DNA of 64,000 nucleotides, taken from positions 173,916 to 237,915 of the IMG/VR virus record IMGVR_UViG_3300043464_002284; one strand, 5' to 3'. Both the position numbers and the translations under genes were made by a program. Within the stretch, counting starts at the first letter, position 1; every line of letters starts with the position of its first letter. The notes under the pieces are model-generated. The model was given only the letters and a program-made list of their open reading frames with translations, did not search any database and was not told the DNA's origin. Shown here piece after piece: positions 1 to 8,622 of the stretch.

Positions 1-504
1 ATACTATCTCAAATCCGTAAAATATCTGACATTATTAAGGTTATCTGGATTAGAGGCAATCATGATGGGCCTGCTGATATGGTGAGTCATTTGATTGGGG
101 TTGATTTTATGAATGAGTATAGTTTTATCAGCGGAGATGAAAAAATACTAATCTTGCATGGTGACATTTTTGATAATGTGATTTCAAAACATCCTAGATT
201 GACGAAAATAGCTGACTATGTTTACCGATGGCTACAGATTTATGCTGGGCTATATTTCTCCAACCTTGCTAAACGCAGCAGTAAAACCTTTTTAAGATGT
301 TCTCAGGAAGTTTGTGATAGGGCTAAGTCTTATTGTTCTATTAAGAAATGTGACTCAATAATTTGTGGTCATACTCATTTAGCTACAACTGATGTTTCTG
401 GATCAACCCATTACTATAATAGCGGATGCTGGACAGATCATCCATGTTCATATATTTCAATTAAAGATGGTCACATTAAAATAAATTATGTGGATATCCT
501 GTAG
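1..504 (+). CDS. Calcineurin-like metallophosphoesterase (LpxH/UDP-2,3-diacylglucosamine hydrolase-like), 5'-partial
   Basis: Frame 1 is open from base 1 (ILSQIRKISDIIKVIWIRGNHDGPADMV), giving the GNHD motif upstream of the track's Met79; also LHGD and CGHTH motifs. Confidence 0.85.
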   Translation: MLSQIRKISDIIKVIWIRGNHDGPADMVSHLIGVDFMNEYSFISGDEKILILHGDIFDNVISKHPRLTKIADYVYRWLQIYAGLYFSNLAKRSSKTFLRCSQEVCDRAKSYCSIKKCDSIICGHTHLATTDVSGSTHYYNSGCWTDHPCSYISIKDGHIKINYVDIL

Positions 505-541
505 ATTTTGAAAAAATCTCAGAACCACTAAAGAATCCCTC

Positions 542-569
542 TTGACAGTGCCGATAATTGAGTTATACT
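542..569 (+). promoter_or_regulatory. sigma70-type early promoter
   Basis: TTGACA-16 bp-TATACT upstream of ORF 606; spacer contains GCCGAT. Confidence 0.8.
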
Positions 570-605
570 TAGGATGTAACGTCAACAAACACAGGAGAAA
601 AGAAA

Positions 606-1010
606 ATGGGTAAGGGTCAAAAAACTTGTGAAAAATGTGGAGCTACCACAGGCCCGCGAGCTTATCTGTGTCCTAAATGCAATGCTCCGTTCGTCTTTAA
701 GGCAAAGAGCAAAGAGGCAAAGAACACAAAGATTATTCGTGACTTTAATTGGAAGGAACTGATCAAGGGAGACAGAATCAGGGTTGGTGGAGGCCCATAC
801 TTTGCTAAGGGTGCTGAATTCATCCCGATGGGTTATAGGGGTCGTTTTGTTGTCGAGGGGATCGACCAGCATGGAATTAAAGCATGGGGTCTGGACAAGC
901 ATCAAGGCTTCTGCCATATTTATATGGGGCCGGATATTCAGAACAAAGAGACTGGCGTTTGGAAGATTAAGCACAAGCTTATGAAACTCAAACAAAAGGT
1001 GGAGGCATAA
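606..1010 (+). CDS. Hypothetical protein with N-terminal zinc ribbon
   Basis: CEKC...CPKC; GGAG RBS upstream. Confidence 0.7.
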   Translation: MGKGQKTCEKCGATTGPRAYLCPKCNAPFVFKAKSKEAKNTKIIRDFNWKELIKGDRIRVGGGPYFAKGAEFIPMGYRGRFVVEGIDQHGIKAWGLDKHQGFCHIYMGPDIQNKETGVWKIKHKLMKLKQKVEA

Positions 1011-1291
1011 TGTCTCTCACCCAAGAACAAAAAGATCAGATCAATAGTCTGCTTGATAATAGAGACAAGATAGTCAATAGTCTCTATCATATCGAACGTA
1101 TTCTGAAAACCTATTTTCCAGAAGAATTTGAACGAGCAATCCAATTCTATCTACCTCAAATTACCACTGCTCTTTATGAGGATAAAAAGTGGCTAAGTAG
1201 GGGCGAATACAGTTTGCAGAACACTATTGACAATCTGCTTGAGCGGTGTAAAATTGATAGTGACGGTAAGGGTACTACAAAATATCTTTAA
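1010..1291 (+). CDS. Hypothetical protein
   Basis: Coupled TAATG junction with upstream ORF. Confidence 0.65.
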   Translation: MSLTQEQKDQINSLLDNRDKIVNSLYHIERILKTYFPEEFERAIQFYLPQITTALYEDKKWLSRGEYSLQNTIDNLLERCKIDSDGKGTTKYL

Positions 1292-1675
1292 TTGGAACAA
1301 ATAATGGAAAGCTATAGCGTTATTGATTTGGAAGGTTATGCAAAAGCTATGAGGGATGGGGCAGCATCTTCTTTTGAGAAGGATTATACTGAGAATTTGG
1401 ATGAGTTTATCACTATTGGTCAGGTGATCAACATGATTAAAAAGAACAACCTGGGTCTGGATGAGGAAGGACACTATCTAATCAATGAGGATATTTTTGA
1501 AGATGTATTCAACAATATCAGAACTTGGCTTTATGAAGTAGGTTTATGTAAACTAGCAGCAAAAGGCTTCGTAGACTGCTCATGGGATGATGAATCTAAC
1601 GAAATGGTATTCTGGTTGGCTAACAAAGATAAGACAGAAATTCCTGCTAAACCCTCAAAGGATAATGATGACTAA
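1292..1675 (+). CDS. Hypothetical protein, paralog family A
   Basis: C-terminal CSWDDESNEMVFW shared with the next ORF and with 20691..21167; probable start at ATG 1304. Confidence 0.7.
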   Translation: MEQIMESYSVIDLEGYAKAMRDGAASSFEKDYTENLDEFITIGQVINMIKKNNLGLDEEGHYLINEDIFEDVFNNIRTWLYEVGLCKLAAKGFVDCSWDDESNEMVFWLANKDKTEIPAKPSKDNDD

Positions 1676-2018
1676 TTATATTAAGATTAGAAACCTGAAG
1701 CTTTTTATTAATAGCATTAGAAAAAATGCCGCTATGGTTTTCCCAGAATCATATTATGAACAAATAGATCATTTAATTTCTTTGTCTCAAACAGAAAATC
1801 TAGCTAGACAATATATTGAGCCTGGATATAATAATGAATTTATTCTTAGCGATGAGAATTATGATCTTCTTTGTGAAGAAATTAAAAAGTGGATTTATAA
1901 CTCAAGTTTGAGCTTGGTGGCTTCATCTGGAAATATAGAGTGTGCTTGGGATGATGACTCTAATGAGATGATTTTTTGGCATCCAGAATCACACGAAACA
2001 TTCAACACTATTAAATAA
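1587..2018 (+). CDS. Hypothetical protein, paralog family A
   Basis: CAWDDDSNEMIFW; real start probably the ATGATG at about 1668, overlapping the previous stop. Confidence 0.7.
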   Translation: MMNLTKWYSGWLTKIRQKFLLNPQRIMMTNYIKIRNLKLFINSIRKNAAMVFPESYYEQIDHLISLSQTENLARQYIEPGYNNEFILSDENYDLLCEEIKKWIYNSSLSLVASSGNIECAWDDDSNEMIFWHPESHETFNTIK

Positions 2019-2019
2019 T

Positions 2020-2175
2020 ATGTCTCAACAAGAAATACAAGAACTTAAAGAGCAAATACATGACTTAAAGGAATATCTATATTCTGACTTGTGTAAGGCT
2101 TGTGGAGACGCAGCATTAGCTCTAGATAAAATTAGTGAAAGACTAAATCAGCTAGAGTCTCAACAAAATTCCTAA
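2020..2175 (+). CDS. Small coiled-coil hypothetical protein (51 aa, not in track)
   Basis: MSQQEIQELKEQIHDLKEYLYSDLCKACGDAALALDKISERLNQLESQQNS* fills the gap exactly. Confidence 0.55.
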   Translation: MSQQEIQELKEQIHDLKEYLYSDLCKACGDAALALDKISERLNQLESQQNS

Positions 2176-2180
2176 AGGTC

Positions 2181-2209
2181 TTGACAGTGGTTGGTCGATA
2201 TGATACAAT
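2181..2209 (+). promoter_or_regulatory. sigma70-type promoter for tRNA
   Basis: TTGACA-17-TACAAT with TGn extension, 13 nt before the tRNA. Confidence 0.8.
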
Positions 2210-2222
2210 AGAAAAATAACAC

Positions 2223-2295
2223 GGGGCGTTCGTCTAATGGTCTAAGACGCTAGTCTTATTAACTAGCTAAGGGAGTTCGATTCTCTCACGCCCTA
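2223..2295 (+). tRNA. tRNA-Ile(UAU), CCA not encoded
   Basis: Acceptor GGGGCGT/ACGCCCT, D stem GTCT/AGAC, anticodon stem CTAGT/ACTAG with loop CTTATTA (anticodon TAT), T arm GGGAG-TTCGATT-CTCTC. Confidence 0.8.
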
Positions 2296-2781
2296 TTTTT
2301 GCTTTATAGTAAACTTTCTAGTGCTATTCCCAATATTCCTTCCTTTAAAAGTAGGAAGCTGACTATCACAATTAGGACACACTAAACGAATATTAGATAC
2401 AGACCAGTTATCTGCCTTACCATCTATATGATCTACAATTAATGTCAACTGCTTTCCGTTCCAATTCTCTCCAGACTGATTACAAACGAAGCAATTATTT
2501 CCATGTTTTTTTATTAGATATTCTCTAATACTTTTGTTATTGTTCCAACTACTAGCAAAGCTACCACTTGTTTCAATTTTTTCTATCTTATATTCGTAAT
2601 GACATTGTTTAGAACAAAATTTTCTATTGCGTAGCCTATATGGATATTCTTTATTGCAAAACAAACAGAATTTTACTCTTTTCGTTCTTTTAGGTTTGGC
2701 CTTATTGTTATAAGAAACTCCACAAGAACGAGAGCAAAATTTAGGGTTATCAGTTAATTTATCACAATTTACACATTTCAT
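2293..2781 (-). CDS. HNH endonuclease (free-standing, homing-type) with Cys-rich N-terminal repeats
   Basis: LIVDHIDG...NWSVSNIRLVCPNCDSQ; N-terminal KFCSRSC/KFCSKQC repeats. Confidence 0.9.
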   Translation of the reverse strand: MKCVNCDKLTDNPKFCSRSCGVSYNNKAKPKRTKRVKFCLFCNKEYPYRLRNRKFCSKQCHYEYKIEKIETSGSFASSWNNNKSIREYLIKKHGNNCFVCNQSGENWNGKQLTLIVDHIDGKADNWSVSNIRLVCPNCDSQLPTFKGRNIGNSTRKFTIKQK

Positions 2782-2807
2782 AAATACCTCTCAAAAATGA
2801 ATCGAAC

Positions 2808-2835
2808 TTGACATAATATACACCGAAACTATAAT
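2808..2835 (+). promoter_or_regulatory. sigma70-type promoter overlapping a divergent GGTGTATA motif
   Basis: TTGACA-16-TATAAT; minus-strand GGTGTATA at 2817-2824; flanked by inverted repeat GAATCGAA (2799-2806)/TTCGATTC (2842-2849). Confidence 0.7.
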
Positions 2836-2866
2836 ATAGTATTCGATTCTTGATTGAAAGCAAGCA

Positions 2867-3049
2867 ATGAAACTTCAACCACTAACGGCTATTTTTGCAG
2901 GATTATTTCTAACATCATTAGGATTTAACATTCTTTTGAATGTAGAGATACAAAAACTAAAAAAGCTGGCAAACAAACCAGCAAGAATTATTATAGAAAG
3001 AGAACCGGAAATTCACATCAAACCAAAAGTTTGGGGGTATACTAAATAG
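2867..3049 (+). CDS. Small membrane-anchored hypothetical protein
   Basis: N-terminal hydrophobic helix; stop TAG overlaps the first base of tmRNA. Confidence 0.6.
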   Translation: MKLQPLTAIFAGLFLTSLGFNILLNVEIQKLKKLANKPARIIIEREPEIHIKPKVWGYTK

Positions 3050-3400
3050 GGCTAGTAAAGGTATCGACAGGTAAAATAGATATAGATGGCATCGACTGGT
3101 TAATCGACCGGCCAGTTTAAAAGTCGATTAAAATTGTTAATTGGCGAAGTTTCAACTCTCGCTCTCGCTGCCTAATTAGTTAGGTACGAGTGGGGCGGCA
3201 TGAGCCTTATTACCAAATCATGCTGACTCCGATATTCGGATATGGTAGTCCTACCAGACATAAATAGGAATGATGATTGTACTCAATCTGACTCAGATAA
3301 TTCTGATAGCTTTGTTGGTAGTGCGATAACAACTAAATAACGATGTAGAAGTTTATATTGATGTTTATTCTGGACGCGGGTTCGACTCCCGCCTAGTCCA
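3049..3400 (+). ncRNA. ssrA: tmRNA; tag peptide (A)GEVSTLALAA*
   Basis: Acceptor GGGCTAG/CTAGTCC with G3:U70 Ala identity pair and discriminator A; T arm GCGGG-TTCGACT-CCCGC; 5' TCGAC motif; tag frame 3143-3175 ending GCT GCC TAA. Confidence 0.95.
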
Positions 3401-3408
3401 CTTATATT

Positions 3409-3954
3409 ATGATAAGCTCTAATGATGTACTAACACATACAGTAGATCCAAAATTTGTAGACTTAATAATTACCAATGCTAAAAAAGCAGAAATTGGTGG
3501 CAGGTCTCAAATTAGGAACTCTAAAAGCAGAGTATCCAATCTATCAGAAGATCAATTGGTTGGTCAAATATCCACCTACTGTGCTTCAATGATCCTTACT
3601 GGTTCTCCAGAAGGATATATACAAGCAAGAGATAAAGCAAACGCTAATCCTCTGGCTGGAGATAATGGTGTAGATATATCTGGTCTACCCAATATGGATA
3701 TCAAAGGTAGCCTAATGAGATATTCAAATAACCCATTAAACTATAGATTATTGGTTAGGCCAAAAGAAAGACACGATAATTGGATTTATGTGTTGGCATT
3801 AGTACCAAAAGAAAGACCTTATAAGACTTATCTTGTTGGCTGGGCTAATGATAATGATTTACCTTTAAAGCCCTATGATGGAGAAATAAAGTCTTTACAT
3901 GGAGCATACGTTATAGAAGCTAAGAACCTAAGAAAGATTGCGGAACTAAGATGA
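3409..3954 (+). CDS. Hypothetical phage protein, possible PD-(D/E)XK nuclease fold
   Basis: GVD...MDIKGS pattern; weak. Confidence 0.5.
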   Translation: MISSNDVLTHTVDPKFVDLIITNAKKAEIGGRSQIRNSKSRVSNLSEDQLVGQISTYCASMILTGSPEGYIQARDKANANPLAGDNGVDISGLPNMDIKGSLMRYSNNPLNYRLLVRPKERHDNWIYVLALVPKERPYKTYLVGWANDNDLPLKPYDGEIKSLHGAYVIEAKNLRKIAELR

Positions 3955-5195
3955 ACCGAAGACATTTTTTAAATCACTGTGCCGCAACATCTTCTCTGGT
4001 AGCATCTTCGTCTTTTTTTACTCAGTCTATTTTAGCTAATGCTAATGATTTAAAGAAAAGACATAAGAGTGCTATTCTTTTATGGATGGGTGGTGGCCCA
4101 AGCACTATTGATCTATGGGATTTAAAGCCGGGTGCTGCTACTGGTGGAATTTTTAAGCCAGTATCTACTAGTGCTGATGGTATTCAGATTTGCGAACATC
4201 TGCCACTAATGGCACAGCAAATGCACCACATGAATATTGTACGATCTATGAGTACAAGAGAAGCAGACCACATGAGAGGTCGCTATTATATGCACACAGG
4301 ATATGTTCCTAATCCTAATGTTGAGCATCCTAGTTATGGATCAGTCATTTCTCATGAATTAATGTCTAGCATACCACAACTTGATATTCCTCCATTCGTT
4401 AGTATTGGAGGAACCAGTATTGGTGCTGGATTTTTGGGAACATCTTATTCTCCATTCGTAGTTAATTCTAATGGAACAGTTCGTGATCTTGATATGGGCA
4501 TAGATCAGTCTAGATTAGACCAAAGACTCAATATGCTTAAAACTATCGAAGATAAGTTTGTAAATGAAAAACGTGGAGACTATGCTTCTGACCACTCTAA
4601 ACTTTTGACTAAAACAGTCAAGCTAATGACTAGTCCTCAGATGGAAGTATTCAAAGTATCTAAAGAACCAAAAGAAGTTCAAGAAAGATATGGTAATACA
4701 GGATTTGGCCGAGGTTGTTTGATGGCACGAAGATTGGTGGAAATGGGTGTTCCATTTATTGAGGTTGATCTTGGCGGATGGGATAATCATACTGATATTT
4801 TTAAGACTCTACAGGATCAAAAACTTCCAGAACTAGATAAGGCTATGAGTGCCTTGATAAGCGACCTTAGCGATAAAGGACTGTTGCAGGATACTGCTAT
4901 TATTTGGATGGGTGAATTTGGACGAACGCCAAATATTAATGGTAATGGTGGGCGAGATCATTGGGCTAGAAGTTGGAGTGTCGTTGTTGGTGGAGCAGGA
5001 TTTAAGGGTGGTATTGTTGTTGGAGAAACTAGCAGTGATGGTAAGGAAGTAATTACGGAACCATACTCATCTCAAGACTTAATGGCTAGTGTTCTTAAAT
5101 CATTAGGAATATCTTTAGAAACCAATTTTACTGCTAAAAATGGACGACCAATGAGAATTGCTAATAGTGGCAAACTTATTAAAGAACTATTTTAA
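3951..5195 (+). CDS. DUF1501 family protein with Tat signal (Planctomycete-type)
   Basis: MNRRHFL twin-arginine signal; WMGGGPSTIDLWDLKP, GGWDNH, GEFGRTP, GRDHW motifs. Confidence 0.92.
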   Translation: MNRRHFLNHCAATSSLVASSSFFTQSILANANDLKKRHKSAILLWMGGGPSTIDLWDLKPGAATGGIFKPVSTSADGIQICEHLPLMAQQMHHMNIVRSMSTREADHMRGRYYMHTGYVPNPNVEHPSYGSVISHELMSSIPQLDIPPFVSIGGTSIGAGFLGTSYSPFVVNSNGTVRDLDMGIDQSRLDQRLNMLKTIEDKFVNEKRGDYASDHSKLLTKTVKLMTSPQMEVFKVSKEPKEVQERYGNTGFGRGCLMARRLVEMGVPFIEVDLGGWDNHTDIFKTLQDQKLPELDKAMSALISDLSDKGLLQDTAIIWMGEFGRTPNINGNGGRDHWARSWSVVVGGAGFKGGIVVGETSSDGKEVITEPYSSQDLMASVLKSLGISLETNFTAKNGRPMRIANSGKLIKELF

Positions 5196-5545
5196 TGTCT
5201 AGAAAAATTTGTACTTATTGTGAGAAACGTAAAAACTTAGCAAGTTTTCCCAAACATAGTATGTACAAAGACAATCTTGACAGTAGATGTAGAAAATGTG
5301 TCAAGAAACATTCTAAGATACGAGTTAAGCTACATAAAAAAGCGCCACCAAAACCAGAAGTATGTGAGTGCTGTAAAAAGGTTCCCTACAAATGGGCCTT
5401 AGATCATGATCATGATGATAATAGTTTTAGGGGTTGGCTCTGCGAACCTTGCAATACTGGTATAGGTAAATTGGGTGATGATTTTCAAAGCATCGTTAAC
5501 GCTATGAATTATTTTCTTTCAAGACAAAAACGATATGAAAAATAA
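5195..5545 (+). CDS. Recombination endonuclease VII family nuclease
   Basis: CECC...LDHDH...RGWLCEPCNTGIG. Confidence 0.88.
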   Translation: MSRKICTYCEKRKNLASFPKHSMYKDNLDSRCRKCVKKHSKIRVKLHKKAPPKPEVCECCKKVPYKWALDHDHDDNSFRGWLCEPCNTGIGKLGDDFQSIVNAMNYFLSRQKRYEK

Positions 5546-5750
5546 GATTAAAGAACACCTAGCAGAAAACAATATGACATACTATCAACATTTTAAATTT
5601 GCTGTATTTTTTGGATGCTTATCTTTATTGGCTGGATTTTGTTTGATAATTCATGCGTTTTTTCCATGTTGGTTTCAAACTTCTGGCAGCGATTTGGTTC
5701 AGTCTATGGCGATAGTATTTAAGAAACGAAACCGATTAGACGATACTTGA
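5535..5750 (+). CDS. Small membrane protein (DUF6356-like)
   Basis: YYQHFKFA...AG..LIIHAFFP pattern. Confidence 0.6.
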   Translation: MKNKIKEHLAENNMTYYQHFKFAVFFGCLSLLAGFCLIIHAFFPCWFQTSGSDLVQSMAIVFKKRNRLDDT

Positions 5751-5775
5751 CAAAGGGACTACCGTATGGTAGAGT
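5747..5775 (+). promoter_or_regulatory. sigma70-type promoter for DNA ligase
   Basis: TTGACA-17-TAGAGT with TGn. Confidence 0.7.
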
Positions 5776-7102
5776 TGGGACAACACAGGAGAAAATAAAA
5801 ATGTCGTTTGAGCATCTTAATGGTTTTGTTCGTGATTTGAAGTCAACTAGCAGCACACTTGATAAAGTTGGCATTATTGAGGATTATACTTCCTCTAATG
5901 AGAGTGGAGCAAATTTTCTTAAAAAGATTCTGCTCTATACTTATCATCCTCTTTGGCAGTACAATGTAACTAGTGATAATCTTAAAAAGAAAAGTCATCT
6001 GCGTGGTAAAGTATACAAGTCTATATTTGATCTGTTGGATGCTTTGAAGAATAGAGAAATCACAGGTCATGATGCTATTGGAGCAGTTAATAGCTTTATT
6101 GACAACCAAAGAGAATACGAAGAACTCGTTCATTGCATCATTGACAAGGATTTGAAAACCCGTGCTGGAGATAAGCTGATTAATAAGGCTATTCCAGATC
6201 ATATCCCAACATTTAGTGTTGCTCTAGCGGACAAGTATGTTCCTAAAATCGTAGACTGGAAGGATGGATGGTATGTTAGCAGGAAGATCGACGGTGCTAG
6301 ATGTATTGCTATTGTTGATAGTAATGGCAATACTACCTTTTATTCCCGCACGGGAAAAATCTTTGATACTCTTGATATTGTTAGCGGTGGGATTAAAGCT
6401 TTGGGACTTACTAATGTAGTTCTTGATGGAGAGCTTTGTCTTGTTGATAAAGATGGTAATGAAGATTTTCAGGGAGTAATGAAAGAACTTCGCAAAAAAG
6501 ATCATACTATTCCTAATCCTTCCTACAAGATTTTTGATATGATTACCCATGACGAATTCTATAGTCAGAAAGGCGAAAAGAATAGGCCGTTCAGTATCAG
6601 ACTCAAGAATCTTACAGAAATTATGAAGAAAAATGAGTGTCCTTGTTTGACACTTCTGGAACAGTCTTTGGTCAAGGATGAAAACCATTTTCAAGAGTTC
6701 GTGACTGAATCCAATCAAAATGGATATGAGGGGCTTATGCTTCGATCTGACGCTCCATATAAAGGTAAGCGATCCAAAGACCTATTGAAGTATAAAGCGT
6801 TTTCTGACGATGAATACGAGGTTGTGGATGTTGAAATGGGGCCATTTCGCTATGTTAAAGATGGTGCAGAGTGTGAGGAGACTATGCTCAGTTGCGTAAC
6901 CATTAAACATAAGGGTTACGATGTTAGGGTTGGGTCTGGTTTTAGTATCGAACAAAGACAAGAGTTTTATAAGAATCCTAAGAAAATTCTTGGAAAGCAA
7001 ATAACTGTACAATATTTTCAAGAGACAGAAAACGAGAAGGGTGGGCTTAGTCTTCGCTTCCCCACTTTTAAGATTCTTCATGGAGAAGAAAGAGATATAT
7101 AA
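5747..7102 (+). CDS. lig: ATP-dependent DNA ligase (T4 gp30-like); real start probably ATG 5801
   Basis: Motif I RKIDGAR, LDGEL, YEGLMLR, LLKYK, C-terminal OB fold with LRFP; CAGGAG RBS before 5801. Confidence 0.95.
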   Translation: MTKGLPYGRVGTTQEKIKMSFEHLNGFVRDLKSTSSTLDKVGIIEDYTSSNESGANFLKKILLYTYHPLWQYNVTSDNLKKKSHLRGKVYKSIFDLLDALKNREITGHDAIGAVNSFIDNQREYEELVHCIIDKDLKTRAGDKLINKAIPDHIPTFSVALADKYVPKIVDWKDGWYVSRKIDGARCIAIVDSNGNTTFYSRTGKIFDTLDIVSGGIKALGLTNVVLDGELCLVDKDGNEDFQGVMKELRKKDHTIPNPSYKIFDMITHDEFYSQKGEKNRPFSIRLKNLTEIMKKNECPCLTLLEQSLVKDENHFQEFVTESNQNGYEGLMLRSDAPYKGKRSKDLLKYKAFSDDEYEVVDVEMGPFRYVKDGAECEETMLSCVTIKHKGYDVRVGSGFSIEQRQEFYKNPKKILGKQITVQYFQETENEKGGLSLRFPTFKILHGEERDI

Positions 7103-7107
7103 TAATT

Positions 7108-8103
7108 ATGCCACCAGCATGGAAAGAGCTAGGTTTTAGGAGTTATGATGCCTATATAAAATCTAGGCTCTGGTGGAACATAAGGCAACTAGTCTTAGAA
7201 CGAGATGGTAAATGTTGTCAAGTTTGTGGCTCTCCATCTAAAATGGTTCATCATATTGATTACACAAAAATTATCATGCTGGGTCAAGGAGATCAGCATG
7301 AATTAATTACGTTATGTGAGCCATGTCATAATTTTGTTGAACAAGATAAAAGAGTTTCTGAAAAGAAAAGCTTGTTGAATAAACTATTTGGTCAGCATAG
7401 CAAAAATACTTTAGATGAATGGCAAATTTGGGCTGAAAAATTTAATAGCGATATTGGTTATAATAGATCTCAAATACTAGAGCCAAAAAATAACCGCAAG
7501 AAAAAATATAAGAAAAAGCCTATTGTTTTATCAGATAAAGGAACAATAGAAAAACAAAAAGAACAACCAAAACCTGAAATTAAATCTCTTAGAGATGATA
7601 TTGATTCTTATATCAAGACACATAAACGTAAAAGAAATAAGCAATACAAAACTCTTGCTCCTGCTACTGATGAAAACAGGAAAGAATTTATTACCAATAC
7701 GGTTCGCAAATACAGTAGAAAAAGCAAAAAAAATATTAGGAGATATTTAGATAATCATAGACCGCTAATAGAATTACTGTTTAATCATCCTGAGGCAAGT
7801 GATAAGCTAAAAAAAACTATTGCTGAACATCCATATTTCATTAAAGAATCAAGAAAAAATAATGACACAGAGGAACAAAAAAGACAACGCAGAGACGAAG
7901 AATATCGAAAGAAAAAACAAATAGAACAGGAAGAAATTGTTCAGATTCTTCACCAACAAGAATATAAAAAACAGAAACCTAGAAAAAGGGTAAATCCGTT
8001 TGGCAAATTGCCAGTATGGACAAAAAATCATAAGACCACAATACCAAAACAAGAAAATCCATTAATGAAATATGTAAGGGAAGTAAAAGATAAGACCAAT
8101 TGA
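7108..8103 (+). CDS. HNH endonuclease domain plus long Lys/Arg-rich C-terminal region
   Basis: RDGKCCQVC...VHHIDY...LITLCEPCH. Confidence 0.8.
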   Translation: MPPAWKELGFRSYDAYIKSRLWWNIRQLVLERDGKCCQVCGSPSKMVHHIDYTKIIMLGQGDQHELITLCEPCHNFVEQDKRVSEKKSLLNKLFGQHSKNTLDEWQIWAEKFNSDIGYNRSQILEPKNNRKKKYKKKPIVLSDKGTIEKQKEQPKPEIKSLRDDIDSYIKTHKRKRNKQYKTLAPATDENRKEFITNTVRKYSRKSKKNIRRYLDNHRPLIELLFNHPEASDKLKKTIAEHPYFIKESRKNNDTEEQKRQRRDEEYRKKKQIEQEEIVQILHQQEYKKQKPRKRVNPFGKLPVWTKNHKTTIPKQENPLMKYVREVKDKTN

Positions 8104-8117
8104 CCAGTTTCCAGTAT

Positions 8118-8125
8118 GGTGTATA
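8118..8125 (+). promoter_or_regulatory. Putative late-promoter motif GGTGTATA inside an RBS-occluding hairpin
   Basis: Motif recurs upstream of many genes; stem 8108-8116/8140-8148 covers GGAG. Confidence 0.5.
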
Positions 8126-8154
8126 AAATTATCCCGCCTTACTGGAGAAATTAA

Positions 8155-8565
8155 ATGATCAAAGTTATTCTTCGCTCTCTTATATATCCGTGGTTTATCT
8201 TATTTGTAGGATTTTCTATAGGTTTTATTTGCAATTCAGAATGGTTTGGCTACAAATATGTACTTGTGGAAAGATCAGTACGAAATATATTTTTTCCAAT
8301 CAAATATGACGAAAAAGTAGAAGAATGGGTTAAATCTAATGGACGATTAAGATTATGGGCAAGCCTAGACTGTCCAAAAGATTTTGAGATTGTTCATGAG
8401 TTTGTAAAAGGAGAAGAGCATTATTGGGCTGTTTATAAGATCAAAGACAAAAACGGAAAAGAAATTAAAGATATTGGCAGTGTTAGAGTGAAATGGAAAA
8501 CATGGGAATACTACTATAAATTAGATGAGATTTTAGATAAGTCTGGCGTTACGAAATTGGATTGA
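8155..8565 (+). CDS. Membrane-anchored hypothetical protein
   Basis: N-terminal TM helix; GGAG RBS. Confidence 0.65.
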   Translation: MIKVILRSLIYPWFILFVGFSIGFICNSEWFGYKYVLVERSVRNIFFPIKYDEKVEEWVKSNGRLRLWASLDCPKDFEIVHEFVKGEEHYWAVYKIKDKNGKEIKDIGSVRVKWKTWEYYYKLDEILDKSGVTKLD

Positions 8566-8580
8566 TTCAAGAACCGGGGC

Positions 8581-8609
8581 TTGACAAGACGATAGGACTA
8601 GTGTAGAAT
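8581..8609 (+). promoter_or_regulatory. sigma70-type promoter
   Basis: TTGACA-17-TAGAAT; spacer contains GACGAT. Confidence 0.8.
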
Positions 8610-8622
8610 GTGAGCATACACT

